This document shows, in pieces, positions 1 through 8,793 of a stretch of DNA of 64,000 bases. The DNA comes from an uncultured Actinomycetes bacterium (GTDB taxonomy: Bacteria; Chloroflexota; Dormibacteria; Aeolococcales; Aeolococcaceae). The stretch is from assembly GCA_964499205.1 (NCBI GenBank), contig CAZCJX010000002.1:9102-73101 (forward strand), given 5' to 3'. A model generated the notes under the pieces. It saw only the letters and a list, made by a program, of their open reading frames with translations, did not search any database and was not told the origin of the DNA. Positions within the stretch are counted from its first letter, which is position 1. Each line of letters starts with the position of its first letter. The position numbers and the translations under genes are program-made.

Positions 1-1
1 C

Positions 2-103
2 GGCGAGAACCCCACCATCACCGAGCCCATCGACTACGAAGGGTTTTGCTTGAATCCGAATCTCGTCGCGCAGTCCGAAGACGGGTTGGTCGCAGCTCAC
101 TAG
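2..103 (+). CDS. 3' end of an unidentified CDS entering from upstream of the window (..GENPTITEPIDYEGFCLNPNLVAQSEDGLVAAH*)
   Basis: Open frame from window edge to TAG at 101-103 with GC-rich third positions. 33 residues are too few to assign a family. Confidence 0.3.
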   Translation, partial: GENPTITEPIDYEGFCLNPNLVAQSEDGLVAAH

Positions 104-117
104 TCGGGAGTCGCGAC

Positions 118-222
118 CAGGGCACATACCCGCCCTGCTCAGACAGTCCTCGTCGCCCGCGCGCGCCTGACGGCGCTGTGCGGCGGGCTCCTGCGGAACT
201 CGCTGGGCGGGTATGCGCCCTG
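118..222. repeat. Copy 1 of a ~105-nt GC-rich hairpin repeat (outer arms CAGGGCACATACCCGCCC / GGGCGGGTATGCGCCCTG)
   Basis: 18-bp terminal inverted arms with one A/C mismatch. The internal blocks GACAGTCCTCGTC, GCGCGCGCCTG and CCTGCGGAACTCGC are shared with 50898-51003. Lies between two convergent gene ends. Confidence 0.7.
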
Positions 223-234
223 TCCGCTCTCGTC

Positions 235-1011
235 TCAGGGCAACTGGTCGAGGAAGCTCGATAGGGCGCTGTTGAAGGTGTCCCAGCGTTCGAGGTTGGA
301 CAGGTGGCCGGCGCCGTCGATCACCTCGAGGCGGGCGTTGGGGATGGCGTCGGCCATGCGTCGCGCTTCGTCGGGTGGGGTGAGTTTGTCTTCGCTGCCG
401 ACCATCACCAGCGACGGGACCCTGATGTCGCTGAGCATCGGTGTGGAGTCCGGCCGAGCGGCCATGGCTTCTTGGCAGGCAGCGACGCCTTCCGGAGTGC
501 AGCGGCGGATGCGGCCGCGGACGGGGTCGGAGATGTGGAATTCAGAGAGGTTGTGGGGCGCCAAGAGTCGCTCCGTCATCGACTCCACGACCACTTCGAC
601 GCCGTCGCGGCGCACCTTCTCCGCCATGGCGAGGCGGTCGGCGCGGGCCTGGTCGGAGTCGGCGCCGGCGCGCGTGTCGCAGAGGACGAGGGCGCGGATG
701 CGCGCGGCGGCGTGGCGCAGCAGGGGGAAAGAGGTGTAGCCGCCCATCGACAAACCCACGAGGGCGAATTCGTCAATGCTCCGCGAATCCAACGCCGCGA
801 GAACCGACTCCGCAACGGAATCGAGGGTCAGATCAGGGGGAGGGGGCGGGGAGCTCCCGCATCCGAAGGCGTCGGGCCTCAAACACCTGTAGCGGTCGGA
901 GAGGGCGGCGACCTGGTGGTCCCATTGGGAGGCGTCGAGGGGGAAGGCGTGGAGGAGGACGACGGCGGGGCCGGAGCCGGTGTCGTGCACGTGGGGGAAC
1001 GCCGGGGGCAT
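235..1011 (-). CDS. alpha/beta-fold hydrolase (3-oxoadipate enol-lactonase-like)
   Basis: 258-aa ORF. HAFPLD oxyanion region, nucleophile elbow GLSMGG and a C-terminal GAGH histidine motif. Confidence 0.85.
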   Translation of the reverse strand: MPPAFPHVHDTGSGPAVVLLHAFPLDASQWDHQVAALSDRYRCLRPDAFGCGSSPPPPPDLTLDSVAESVLAALDSRSIDEFALVGLSMGGYTSFPLLRHAAARIRALVLCDTRAGADSDQARADRLAMAEKVRRDGVEVVVESMTERLLAPHNLSEFHISDPVRGRIRRCTPEGVAACQEAMAARPDSTPMLSDIRVPSLVMVGSEDKLTPPDEARRMADAIPNARLEVIDGAGHLSNLERWDTFNSALSSFLDQLP

Positions 1012-1055
1012 GGGGCGAGGAGTGTACGACGGGGTGGCGGGCGGGAAGGGAGGGG

Positions 1056-2231
1056 TCAGGAGGGGGAGGGGCCGGCGATGGGGAGGGTCAGGGTGAAGCA
1101 GGAACCGGCGCCGGGGGCGGAGCGGACGGTGATGTCACCGCCGTGCAGGCGGGCGAGCTCGCGGGCCAGGTAGAGGCCCAGGCCGGTGCCGGGGATGTGC
1201 GAGTTCTCGCGGGTCACCAGGCGGCCGAAGCGCGAGAAGAGGCGCGGCAGGTCGTCGGGCGCGATGCCCAGTCCCTGGTCCCAGACGGAGACGATGCCGA
1301 CGCCGTCGTCGGCGGTGACGAAGCACTGCACGACGCCGCCGCGCGGCGAGTACTTCACCGCGTTCTGGAGGAGGTTGGTGACGATGATCACCGTGCGCAC
1401 CTCGTCGGCGACGGCGGTGATCGGCTGGCGCGGGGGCGTGTAGATGACCTCGTGGCGGCTGCTGGCCAGGGGTGTCACGGCGTCGACGGCGCGCTGCACG
1501 ATGCTGCCGAGGTCGATGGTCGACAGCTGCAGGGTGAGGCGGCTCTCCTCGAGGCGCGCGGTGTCGAGCATCTCGTTGACCAGGGTGTTCATCTCCAGCA
1601 CCTTCTGGCCGATCACCGGGGCGACGCGGCGCATGTCGACGGAGGACAGGTCGCCGAAGGACCCGTCCTGCACCATCGAGACGTAGCCGCTGACCACGCC
1701 GAGGGGGCCGCGCAGCTCGTGGGAGGCGACGTTGAGGAACTGCGACTTCACCCGTTCCAGCGTGGCCATGCGCTCGCCGTGCTCGCGCTCGCGGACGTAG
1801 CGCTCCAGGGCGCGCCTCTGCAGCAGCCCGACCAGGAACGCGACGGCGAGGCCGCAGGGGATGAAGAGCAGCACGCGCGTGGCGCCGTCGTTGGTCCACA
1901 TCGGCGGCCAGATGGCGGTCGACTCGTGGATGGCGAGGAACACCGAGGAGATCGCCGCCGCCAGCACCCCAGCCCGGGCACCGCCGACGAAGGCGCCGAC
2001 CACAACGGCGAAGAGCAGCGGCGCGCCGGTGGCGCTGACCGTGGTGACGAAGTGCTCGACCACCGCGATGGTGGCGACCACGATCGCCGACGGCAGCGTC
2101 CCCCAGAACAGCCGCCGGGCGAGGCCCGAACGGGGGAGCGCCGCTGCAGAGCGTCGTGGGCGAGGAGGGCCGTCGGTCCGTTCGGCGCCGGCCCGGGCCG
2201 TGGTCCCTCCCGCGAGCATGCCCTCCTGCAT
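1056..2231 (-). CDS. membrane-bound sensor histidine kinase (HisKA + HATPase_c), no adjacent response regulator
   Basis: N-terminal hydrophobic helices, H-box SHELRGPL, and N/G boxes LLQNAVKYSP and GTGLGLYLAREL. Confidence 0.85.
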   Translation of the reverse strand: MQEGMLAGGTTARAGAERTDGPPRPRRSAAALPRSGLARRLFWGTLPSAIVVATIAVVEHFVTTVSATGAPLLFAVVVGAFVGGARAGVLAAAISSVFLAIHESTAIWPPMWTNDGATRVLLFIPCGLAVAFLVGLLQRRALERYVREREHGERMATLERVKSQFLNVASHELRGPLGVVSGYVSMVQDGSFGDLSSVDMRRVAPVIGQKVLEMNTLVNEMLDTARLEESRLTLQLSTIDLGSIVQRAVDAVTPLASSRHEVIYTPPRQPITAVADEVRTVIIVTNLLQNAVKYSPRGGVVQCFVTADDGVGIVSVWDQGLGIAPDDLPRLFSRFGRLVTRENSHIPGTGLGLYLARELARLHGGDITVRSAPGAGSCFTLTLPIAGPSPS

Positions 2232-2292
2232 GGCAGGGCAAGCATACTCACGCCGGGGCTCGAAGCCGGCCCCGCCGCAGGCGCGAACGCGC

Positions 2293-3480
2293 TTAGGCCG
2301 AAGCGGCCTCGGTCTGCACCGGCGGGAACTCGTCGAGGGTGGCCGGCTCGATGTGCGTCTGCGCCATGCGCTCGACGTCGCGCAGCTTGAGGATCTCGCT
2401 GGGCGTGATCAGGGTCACGGCGACGCCGTCGCGGCCGGCGCGCGCGGTGCGGCCGACGCGGTGCAGGTACTCCTCGGGCGACAGCGGCACGTCGTAGTTG
2501 ATGACGTGGGAGATGTCGTCGATGTCGAGGCCGCGCGAGGCGACGTTGGTGGCGATCAGGTATTTGACGTGCGAGTCCTTGAAGCTCGCCATCGACTTGT
2601 CGCGGTCCTTCTGCGACAGGTCGCCGTGCAGGTGGGCGACGCCGTAGCCGCGGCGGGAGAGCTGCACCTGCAGGATGTCGGCGTTGCGCTTGGTCTCCAC
2701 GAAGATCAGCGCCATCGACACGTCGGGCTGGTCGAGGATGCGGGCCAGCACGTCGAGCTTGTCGGCCCACGTCGTCTGGATGTAGAGCTGGCGCACGTTG
2801 GGGGCCACCTCGGGCCGCACGCTGAACGACACCGACACCGGGTCGGTCATGTAGCGCTGGGCGAGACGGCGCACCCAGTCGGGCACGGTGGCGCTGAAGA
2901 GCAGGGTCTGCCGCTGCGCGGGGCACTGGCGGAGCACGCGCTCGACGTCGGGCGCGAAGCCCATATCGAGCATGCGGTCGGCCTCGTCGAGCACGGCGAT
3001 GCGCACGCCGTCGAGACGGACGGAGCGGCGCTGGCAGTGGTCGAGCAGGCGGCCGGGCGTGGCCACCACGATGTGCGGGTTCTTCTTGAGGGCGTCGAAC
3101 TGCTTCTTGTAGGACTCGCCGCCGTAGATCGAGACGGTGGTGATGCCGCGCTCGGCGCCGATGCGGGTCAGCTCCTCCTGCACCTGCAGGGCGAGCTCGC
3201 GGGTGGGGCAGAGCACCAGGCCCTGGAAGGCGGGTCCACTGGGGTCGAGGCGCTCGACCATGGGGATCCCGAAGGCGGCGGTCTTGCCGCTGCCGGTGTG
3301 GGCCTGGCCGATGACGTCCCGGCCGGTGAGGGCCGGAGGGATCGCCTGCGCCTGGATGGGCGTGGCGGTGACGAAGCCCATGCCGTCGACGGCGGCGCGC
3401 ACCGGCGCGCTCAGTCCGAGTTCGTCGAACGTGACAGACGGTTGGGGTTCGGGCGTCGCGGCCTCGTCGACCGCCGGCAT
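2293..3480 (-). CDS. DEAD-box ATP-dependent RNA helicase
   Basis: Motifs AHTGSGKT, PTRELA, DEADRMLDMGF, SAT, ASRGLDI and HRVGRTARAG. Start placed at ATG 3480 (MPAVDE..) because the 34 upstream codons of the tracked ORF are Arg-rich low complexity. Confidence 0.9.
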   Translation of the reverse strand: MPAVDEAATPEPQPSVTFDELGLSAPVRAAVDGMGFVTATPIQAQAIPPALTGRDVIGQAHTGSGKTAAFGIPMVERLDPSGPAFQGLVLCPTRELALQVQEELTRIGAERGITTVSIYGGESYKKQFDALKKNPHIVVATPGRLLDHCQRRSVRLDGVRIAVLDEADRMLDMGFAPDVERVLRQCPAQRQTLLFSATVPDWVRRLAQRYMTDPVSVSFSVRPEVAPNVRQLYIQTTWADKLDVLARILDQPDVSMALIFVETKRNADILQVQLSRRGYGVAHLHGDLSQKDRDKSMASFKDSHVKYLIATNVASRGLDIDDISHVINYDVPLSPEEYLHRVGRTARAGRDGVAVTLITPSEILKLRDVERMAQTHIEPATLDEFPPVQTEAASA

Positions 3481-3604
3481 TCCCCAGACGGGGGCGGCGG
3501 GACGCGGCCTCGCGACGGTCGGCCGGATGCCCGGCCGGAGGCGTGAACGAGATCGCAAGACGTCGTGCAGTCTACCATCCATCCCCCGTCACGCCGTCGC
3601 TACG

Positions 3605-4618
3605 ATGCGTGCCGTGACGACCACAGTGCTCTGCACGCTCGCCCTCCCCGAGCCCGCGCCCTCCCTGCTCTCGGCGCGCGCCGAGCTCGTCGTGCTGGGC
3701 CGCATCCCCTCGCCCGACGAGCTGCGCGAGCGCCTCGCGGCGGGCGTCGACGTGCTCTGCCCGCAGCTGCGCGACCGCATCGACGCCGCACTGCTCGACG
3801 CCGCCGGCCCGCGGCTGCGGGCGGTCTGCAACTACGCCGTGGGCTTCGACAACATCGACGTGCCCGCCTGCACCGCGCGCGGGGTGATCGCCACCAACAC
3901 GCCCGGCGTGCTCACCGGCGCCACCGCCGACTGCGCCATGGGCCTGATCCTGGCCGCCGCCCGCCGCCTCTGCGAGGGCGACAACGAGATGCGCAGCGGG
4001 CGCTACACCGGCTGGGAGCCCGAGTACCTGCTCGGCCTCGACCTCGGCGGCGCCACCCTGGGCATCGTCGGCTTCGGCCGCATCGGCCAGGCGCTGGCCC
4101 ATCGTGCCCTGGCCTTCGACATGACCGTGCTCTACGCCGACGAGCAGGACCCGCCGGTCGCCGAGGAGCTGCGCGGCCGGGTGGAAAAGGTCGATTTCGA
4201 CACGATCGTGCAGCGCGCCGACGTCATCTCGCTGCACACACCGCTGACGCCGCAGACGCGGCATCTCGTCAACGAGGACGTGCTGCGGCGCATGAAGTCC
4301 ACGTCGGTGCTGGTCAACACCTCGCGCGGCCCGGTGATCGACGAGGCGGCGCTGGTGCGCGCGTTGCGCGAGGGCTGGATCGCCGCGGCGGGGCTCGACG
4401 TCTACGAGCGCGAGCCGGAGATGGCGCCAGGGTTGGCCGAATGCCGCAACGCGGTGCTGGCGCCCCACCTGGGCAGCGCCACGGTGAAGACGCGCGCGGC
4501 GATGGCCGAGCTGTGTGCCCAGAACGCCATCGCGGCGCTGGACGGGCGCATGCCACCGACGGCGCTCAACCCCGAGGCGTGGGCCTCCAGCGCGCCGGCC
4601 GCGCTGCCCGGCCGATGA
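3605..4618 (+). CDS. D-isomer-specific 2-hydroxyacid dehydrogenase (glyoxylate/hydroxypyruvate reductase-like)
   Basis: The tracked ORF 3137..4618 is 5'-extended over the helicase antisense. In-frame ATG 3605 gives 337 aa with the NAD fold GFGRIGQA plus the NTSRG and PHLGSAT motifs. Confidence 0.85.
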   Translation: MRAVTTTVLCTLALPEPAPSLLSARAELVVLGRIPSPDELRERLAAGVDVLCPQLRDRIDAALLDAAGPRLRAVCNYAVGFDNIDVPACTARGVIATNTPGVLTGATADCAMGLILAAARRLCEGDNEMRSGRYTGWEPEYLLGLDLGGATLGIVGFGRIGQALAHRALAFDMTVLYADEQDPPVAEELRGRVEKVDFDTIVQRADVISLHTPLTPQTRHLVNEDVLRRMKSTSVLVNTSRGPVIDEAALVRALREGWIAAAGLDVYEREPEMAPGLAECRNAVLAPHLGSATVKTRAAMAELCAQNAIAALDGRMPPTALNPEAWASSAPAALPGR

Positions 4619-5505
4619 GCCGGCTCTTCGCCACGCCACCGGCCATCGCCGCCGCTCCGCTTCCCGCCGAACGCCCGCGCCTGGTCATCCTCGACCTCGA
4701 CGGCACCTGCCTCGACGTCACCGACCAGAGCATGCACCCGCGCACCCGCGCCGCGGTGCGCGCGGCGGCGCACTCCGGCACGGCGGTGATCATCGCCAGC
4801 GGCCGCATGTACCGCTCGGCGCTGCCCCATGCGCTGGCGCTCGGGGTGGTGGAGCCCATGGTCTGCTACCAGGGCGCGGTGGTGCGGGCCATGCCCGCCG
4901 ACGGCGACCCGCTGCTCGACGGCGTGCCGCTGGGGCGGCTGCTCTTCGAGGACCCGCTGCCGCCCGACGTGGGTCTGCGGGCGTTGGACGTGGCCCGGCG
5001 GGGCGGATGGCATCGCCAGGCCTACCGCGACGAGCGGCTGCTCTGCGAGGAGGACCGCCCCGAGGCCCACCTCTACGCGCGCATCGCCCAGGTGCCGATC
5101 ACCTTCGTCGACGACCTCGCCGTCGAGGTCGAGCAGGGAACCACCAAGCTGGTCTGCGTGGTCGACGGGTCGCCGGCGGTGGAGGAGTGCGAGGCGGCGC
5201 AGCGGGAGGCGCTGGGCGAGTCGGCGCACGTCACCCGGTCGCTGCCGCAGTTCGTCGAGATCACCAACCCGGTGGCCAGCAAGGGCAAGGCGCTGGCCCG
5301 GCTGTGCGCCCAGCTCGGGGTGCGGCTCGACCAGGCGGTGGCCGTCGGCGACGCCCCCAACGACGCCGACATGCTGGCCGCCGCCGGCTATGCGGTGGCG
5401 GTGAGCGGGGCGCCGGAGTCGCTGCTGCAGTACGCCGACGCGGTGTGTGCGCCGCCGCGCGAGGCGGGGGTCGCCGACGTGCTGGAGCGGCTGGGACTCG
5501 CCTAG
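4615..5505 (+). CDS. Cof-type HAD-IIB family hydrolase
   Basis: ATG 4615 overlaps the upstream stop (ATGA). Motif I is ILDLDGT and the C-terminal motif is GDAPNDADM. In frame with tracked ORF 3565..5505. Confidence 0.8.
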   Translation: MSRLFATPPAIAAAPLPAERPRLVILDLDGTCLDVTDQSMHPRTRAAVRAAAHSGTAVIIASGRMYRSALPHALALGVVEPMVCYQGAVVRAMPADGDPLLDGVPLGRLLFEDPLPPDVGLRALDVARRGGWHRQAYRDERLLCEEDRPEAHLYARIAQVPITFVDDLAVEVEQGTTKLVCVVDGSPAVEECEAAQREALGESAHVTRSLPQFVEITNPVASKGKALARLCAQLGVRLDQAVAVGDAPNDADMLAAAGYAVAVSGAPESLLQYADAVCAPPREAGVADVLERLGLA

Positions 5506-5939
5506 GAGGTGTGCTGGCCGAGCACCAGCTCGTCCAGCGCGCGCTGCGCCTCGTCGGTGCGCGAGCCGGGCACCAGGATGAAGTCGCGCCGGTAGGTGGC
5601 CAGCGAGAGCACCGGGATGTCGCGCGCCGCCAGCGCCTCGCACACCTTGGCGAGGTAGCCGGTCACCCCGAAGTCGAACGGCGCGTAGAGGCCGAACACG
5701 GTCCACGGCCCGTCGTGCTCGGCCACCGCGACGGCGTTCTGCAGCGTGGGCAGCTCGGCCTCGGGCAGGAACACGGTGGCGCCGTCGGGCTCGACGGTGA
5801 TGCACAGCGGCGGCGGCTGGAGCTGCACCACGCGGTCGAGCGGAGTGCCGGGCTGCAGCCGGCAGACCACGTAGGGCACCTCCTCGCGGCGCACCCGGGT
5901 GGCGGCGAACAGTTTCTGGAGCGCCTCGAACATCGGCAT
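5502..5939 (-). CDS. ACT-domain-containing small protein (ACT_7-like)
   Basis: 145-aa ORF with high GC3. C-terminal half GVTGYLAKVCEALAARDIPVLSLATYRRDFILV resembles ACT ligand-binding folds. The assignment rests on pattern only. Confidence 0.55.
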   Translation of the reverse strand: MPMFEALQKLFAATRVRREEVPYVVCRLQPGTPLDRVVQLQPPPLCITVEPDGATVFLPEAELPTLQNAVAVAEHDGPWTVFGLYAPFDFGVTGYLAKVCEALAARDIPVLSLATYRRDFILVPGSRTDEAQRALDELVLGQHTS

Positions 5940-5992
5940 GGTGCTGCGCAGTGTAGGGCGGCGACACCCGCGACAACTATCATCCCCGGCCC

Positions 5993-6841
5993 ATGGCCAG
6001 CCGATCCCCCGCCGACGCCGCCGCGCTGCTCGCCGCCGCGCGCGAGCCCGGCCGCTTCGACGCCGACACCGCTGTTCGTGCCGAGGATGGCCACTACGTC
6101 GCCGTCCTCGACCCGCGCTGGAACGGCCTCGGGCCCAACGGCGGGTATCTCGCCGCGGTGATGCTGCGAGCGATGACCGTGGCGCTGGGCGAGCCCGCCC
6201 ACCCGCCGCGGTCGCTGACGGTGCACTACCAGCGCTCGCCCGCGCCGGGCGAGGTGCGCATCGACGTCGAGGTGGCGCGGCGCGGCCGCACCGTCGCCTC
6301 GGTGGAGGCGCGGCTCAGCCAGGAGGGCCGCCCCGCGCTGGCGGCGCTGGGCGCCTTCATCGCGGTGGGGGACGGCCCGGAGTTCCACGAGCTGCCCATG
6401 CCCGACCTGCCCCCGCCCCACGCGGTGCAGCCCTATCCCTTCGACAGCGTGCGCATGCCGCCCTTCGCGGCGTGCTGGGACGGCCGACCCGCGCTGGGCA
6501 GGCCCTTCAGCGGCGGCGACGAGGCGACCGTCGGCGGCTGGCTCCGACTCGCCGAGCCGCGCCCACCGGATGCGCTGTCGATCGTGGCCATGACCGACGC
6601 GATCATCCCCTCGATCACCCCGCGCCTCAGCGGTCCCACCCACCTCATGCCCACCATCGACCTCACCGTGCACCTGCCCAACCCGCTGCCCCAGCTGGAG
6701 CCCGACGCCCAGTTCGCCGTGCTCTTCCGCACCCACGTCGCCGCCGGCGGCGTGTGCGTCGAGGACGGCTGGATCTGGACGCGCGACGGGCTGCTGGTCG
6801 CGCAGTCGCGGCAGCTGGCGCTTCTCGTCGCCGTCGGCTAG
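5993..6841 (+). CDS. acyl-CoA thioesterase-like (double hotdog, thioesterase-like superfamily) protein
   Basis: 282 aa with the pattern NG..NGGYLAAV..R.L.V.Y.R...G in the N-half and a repeated hotdog-like C-half. Confidence 0.7.
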   Translation: MASRSPADAAALLAAAREPGRFDADTAVRAEDGHYVAVLDPRWNGLGPNGGYLAAVMLRAMTVALGEPAHPPRSLTVHYQRSPAPGEVRIDVEVARRGRTVASVEARLSQEGRPALAALGAFIAVGDGPEFHELPMPDLPPPHAVQPYPFDSVRMPPFAACWDGRPALGRPFSGGDEATVGGWLRLAEPRPPDALSIVAMTDAIIPSITPRLSGPTHLMPTIDLTVHLPNPLPQLEPDAQFAVLFRTHVAAGGVCVEDGWIWTRDGLLVAQSRQLALLVAVG

Positions 6842-6882
6842 CGGCGGCGGCCCTGAGCGGGTCAGCCCCACGGTGGGCGGTT

Positions 6883-7812
6883 ATGCTGCCCGCCATGCTC
6901 TCCTTCGACGGCGAGGCGGAGTCGCTCGATCTCGATCTCGACCTCGACGAGGCGGACGGCGACGACGGCAGCCGCGACTACGCGCGCGGCGAGGTGCACC
7001 CGCGCAACCGGCTCAACGCGCTGAGCGGCAACGAGTGGCTGTACTTCACCAAGACGGTGTTGCGCACCTCGTATCCGGCGCACGTGGGGCAGGACCTGCG
7101 GCGGCGGCACGGTGCCAACAAGCCGCCCTACCTGATGCGCCATCTCATCGAGTTCTTCACGCCGCCTGGCGGAACCGTGCTCGATCCCTTCGCCGGAGTG
7201 GGGGGCACGCTGCTGGGGGCGTCGATCGCGCAGCCGGCGCCGCGCGCCGCCACGGGGATCGAGATCAACCCCGAGTGGATCAGCGTGTACCGCTCGGTGT
7301 GCGCGCGCGAGGAGCTGGACGAGCAGGAGGTGGTCGAGGGTGACTGCCGCCTGGTCCTCGACCGCTTCGCCGAGGAGGGCCGCCTCTTCGACTGCATCGC
7401 CACTGACCCCCCGTACTCCATCGCCCTGGACAAGACGATGTGCGACGGGCGCTACGACGTGCAGGCCCGGCGCACCGACTTCGACCGCTTCAGCGAGAAC
7501 GGCGCCGACCTGCGCAATTTGGAGTCGTTCGCCGACTTCTTCGCGGCGATGGAGGACGTCGCGGCCAAGCTGCTGCGGGTGCTGCGGCCCGGCGGGTACT
7601 GCGCGGTGATCATCCGCGACTCGTACCAGCGCGGTCGCTACGTGTTCGCCACCGCCGAGCTGGCGGCGGGGTTCGAGCGCGCCGGCTTCGTGCTGAAGGG
7701 AGTCAAGGTCTGGTATGGGACGGGGTCACGGGTGCGCCCCTACGGGTACCCCTTCGGCTACGTGCCGAACATCGTGCACCAGAACATCCTGATCCTGCAG
7801 CGACCGCGTTAG
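6883..7812 (+). CDS. N4/N6 DNA methyltransferase, motif order permuted (AdoMet motif I before DPPY), orphan
   Basis: In-frame ATG 6883 of tracked ORF 5899..7812. HGANKPPYLMRHLIEFFTPPGGTVLDPFAGVGGT is followed ~70 aa later by GDCRLVLDRF..FDCIATDPPY and RVLRPGGY. Confidence 0.75.
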   Translation: MLPAMLSFDGEAESLDLDLDLDEADGDDGSRDYARGEVHPRNRLNALSGNEWLYFTKTVLRTSYPAHVGQDLRRRHGANKPPYLMRHLIEFFTPPGGTVLDPFAGVGGTLLGASIAQPAPRAATGIEINPEWISVYRSVCAREELDEQEVVEGDCRLVLDRFAEEGRLFDCIATDPPYSIALDKTMCDGRYDVQARRTDFDRFSENGADLRNLESFADFFAAMEDVAAKLLRVLRPGGYCAVIIRDSYQRGRYVFATAELAAGFERAGFVLKGVKVWYGTGSRVRPYGYPFGYVPNIVHQNILILQRPR

Positions 7813-8678
7813 CGGGCGTACTCGTAGAAGCCCTTGCCGGTCTTCCGGCCCAGCTCACCGCGGGCGGTCCGACCGGTGAGGATCGGCGTCGGCTTCCAGC
7901 GCTCCTCGCCCGTCTGCACGTGCCCCTGGGACAGGATGTCCTGGGTCACGTCGAGCCCGACGAGGTCGGCCAGCTCGAACGGCCCCATCGGCCAGTTGAG
8001 TCCATTCTTGACCGCAAGGTCGGCGTCCTCCATGGACACGTAGCCGTCCTCGACCAGCCGGAACGCCTCCTGCATGGCGATGAAGAGGATGCGGTTGGCG
8101 ATGAACCCGTAGGTCTCCTTCGCCACCAGCACCGGCGTCTTGCCGATGCGGCGGACGAACTCGGTGCAGGCCTCGATGGTCGCGTCCGAGGTGTGCGGAC
8201 CGCGCACCACCTCGACCAGCTGCATCACCAGGGCGGGATTGAAGAAGTGGACGTTGAGCAGGCGCTCCTCGTTCTCGATGCAGTCGGCGAAGAACGACGA
8301 CGCCATGGTCGAGGAGTTGCTGGCGATGATGGCGTCCCTGCGGGCGTGCTCGCTGAGCTGCTGGCAGATCCGGCGCTTGGTCTCGCGGTCCTCGGCCACC
8401 GACTCGATGACCAAGTCGGCGTCGGCGCAGGCCTCGGCGAGATCGGTGTGGGTGCTCACCCTGGCCAGCGCGGCCTCGCACTCAGCCGCGTCCAGCTTGC
8501 CCTTCTCGACGCGCTTGCCGAGGAGCTTGGCGTTGCTGCTGACGGCGGCGTCGAGCCGCTCCTGCGACCGGCTGTAGAGCCGGACCGGGTAGCCCGCCAG
8601 GGCCACCTGCTGGGCGATCTGGGCGCCCATGGTTCCGGCGCCGACCACGCAGACCTTCCTGATCTCGTCCACTGTCAT
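7809..8678 (-). CDS. 3-hydroxyacyl-CoA (3-hydroxybutyryl-CoA) dehydrogenase
   Basis: Rossmann motif VCVVGAGTMGAQIA, the SNSS and HFFNPA motifs, and a C-terminal 3HCDH dimerisation domain. Start placed at ATG 8678 (MTVDEIRK). Confidence 0.85.
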   Translation of the reverse strand: MTVDEIRKVCVVGAGTMGAQIAQQVALAGYPVRLYSRSQERLDAAVSSNAKLLGKRVEKGKLDAAECEAALARVSTHTDLAEACADADLVIESVAEDRETKRRICQQLSEHARRDAIIASNSSTMASSFFADCIENEERLLNVHFFNPALVMQLVEVVRGPHTSDATIEACTEFVRRIGKTPVLVAKETYGFIANRILFIAMQEAFRLVEDGYVSMEDADLAVKNGLNWPMGPFELADLVGLDVTQDILSQGHVQTGEERWKPTPILTGRTARGELGRKTGKGFYEYAR

Positions 8679-8793
8679 GGCGGGCGATTCTACTGCGCAC
8701 TGCGTCAGAGACGCGTCATGCGGCACAGAGGGATGACGGTTTCCCCTGCCGCCGCCGATCGGCGGTTATCCTCCCCCGCCGGATGCGACGCCC

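Noticed and set aside
46-264. 72-aa ORF across hairpin copy 1, and the N-terminal extension (50886-51152) of the MsrP-like ORF across copy 2, considered as a possible conserved small peptide.
   Set aside because: The two translations share only SDSPR and then diverge because of an indel, while the nucleotide structure is conserved. The element is therefore better explained as non-coding.
5501-5506. The convergent HAD-hydrolase and ACT-protein genes share overlapping TAG stop codons within the palindrome CCTAGG.
   Set aside because: Overlapping convergent stops at a palindrome are a coincidental consequence of compact gene packing. No functional implication can be supported from sequence.
6883-7812. 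Methyltransferase considered as part of a restriction-modification or other defence system.
   Set aside because: No endonuclease, specificity, helicase or nuclease gene lies within several kb on either side, and the flanking genes are metabolic. It is treated as an orphan MTase.
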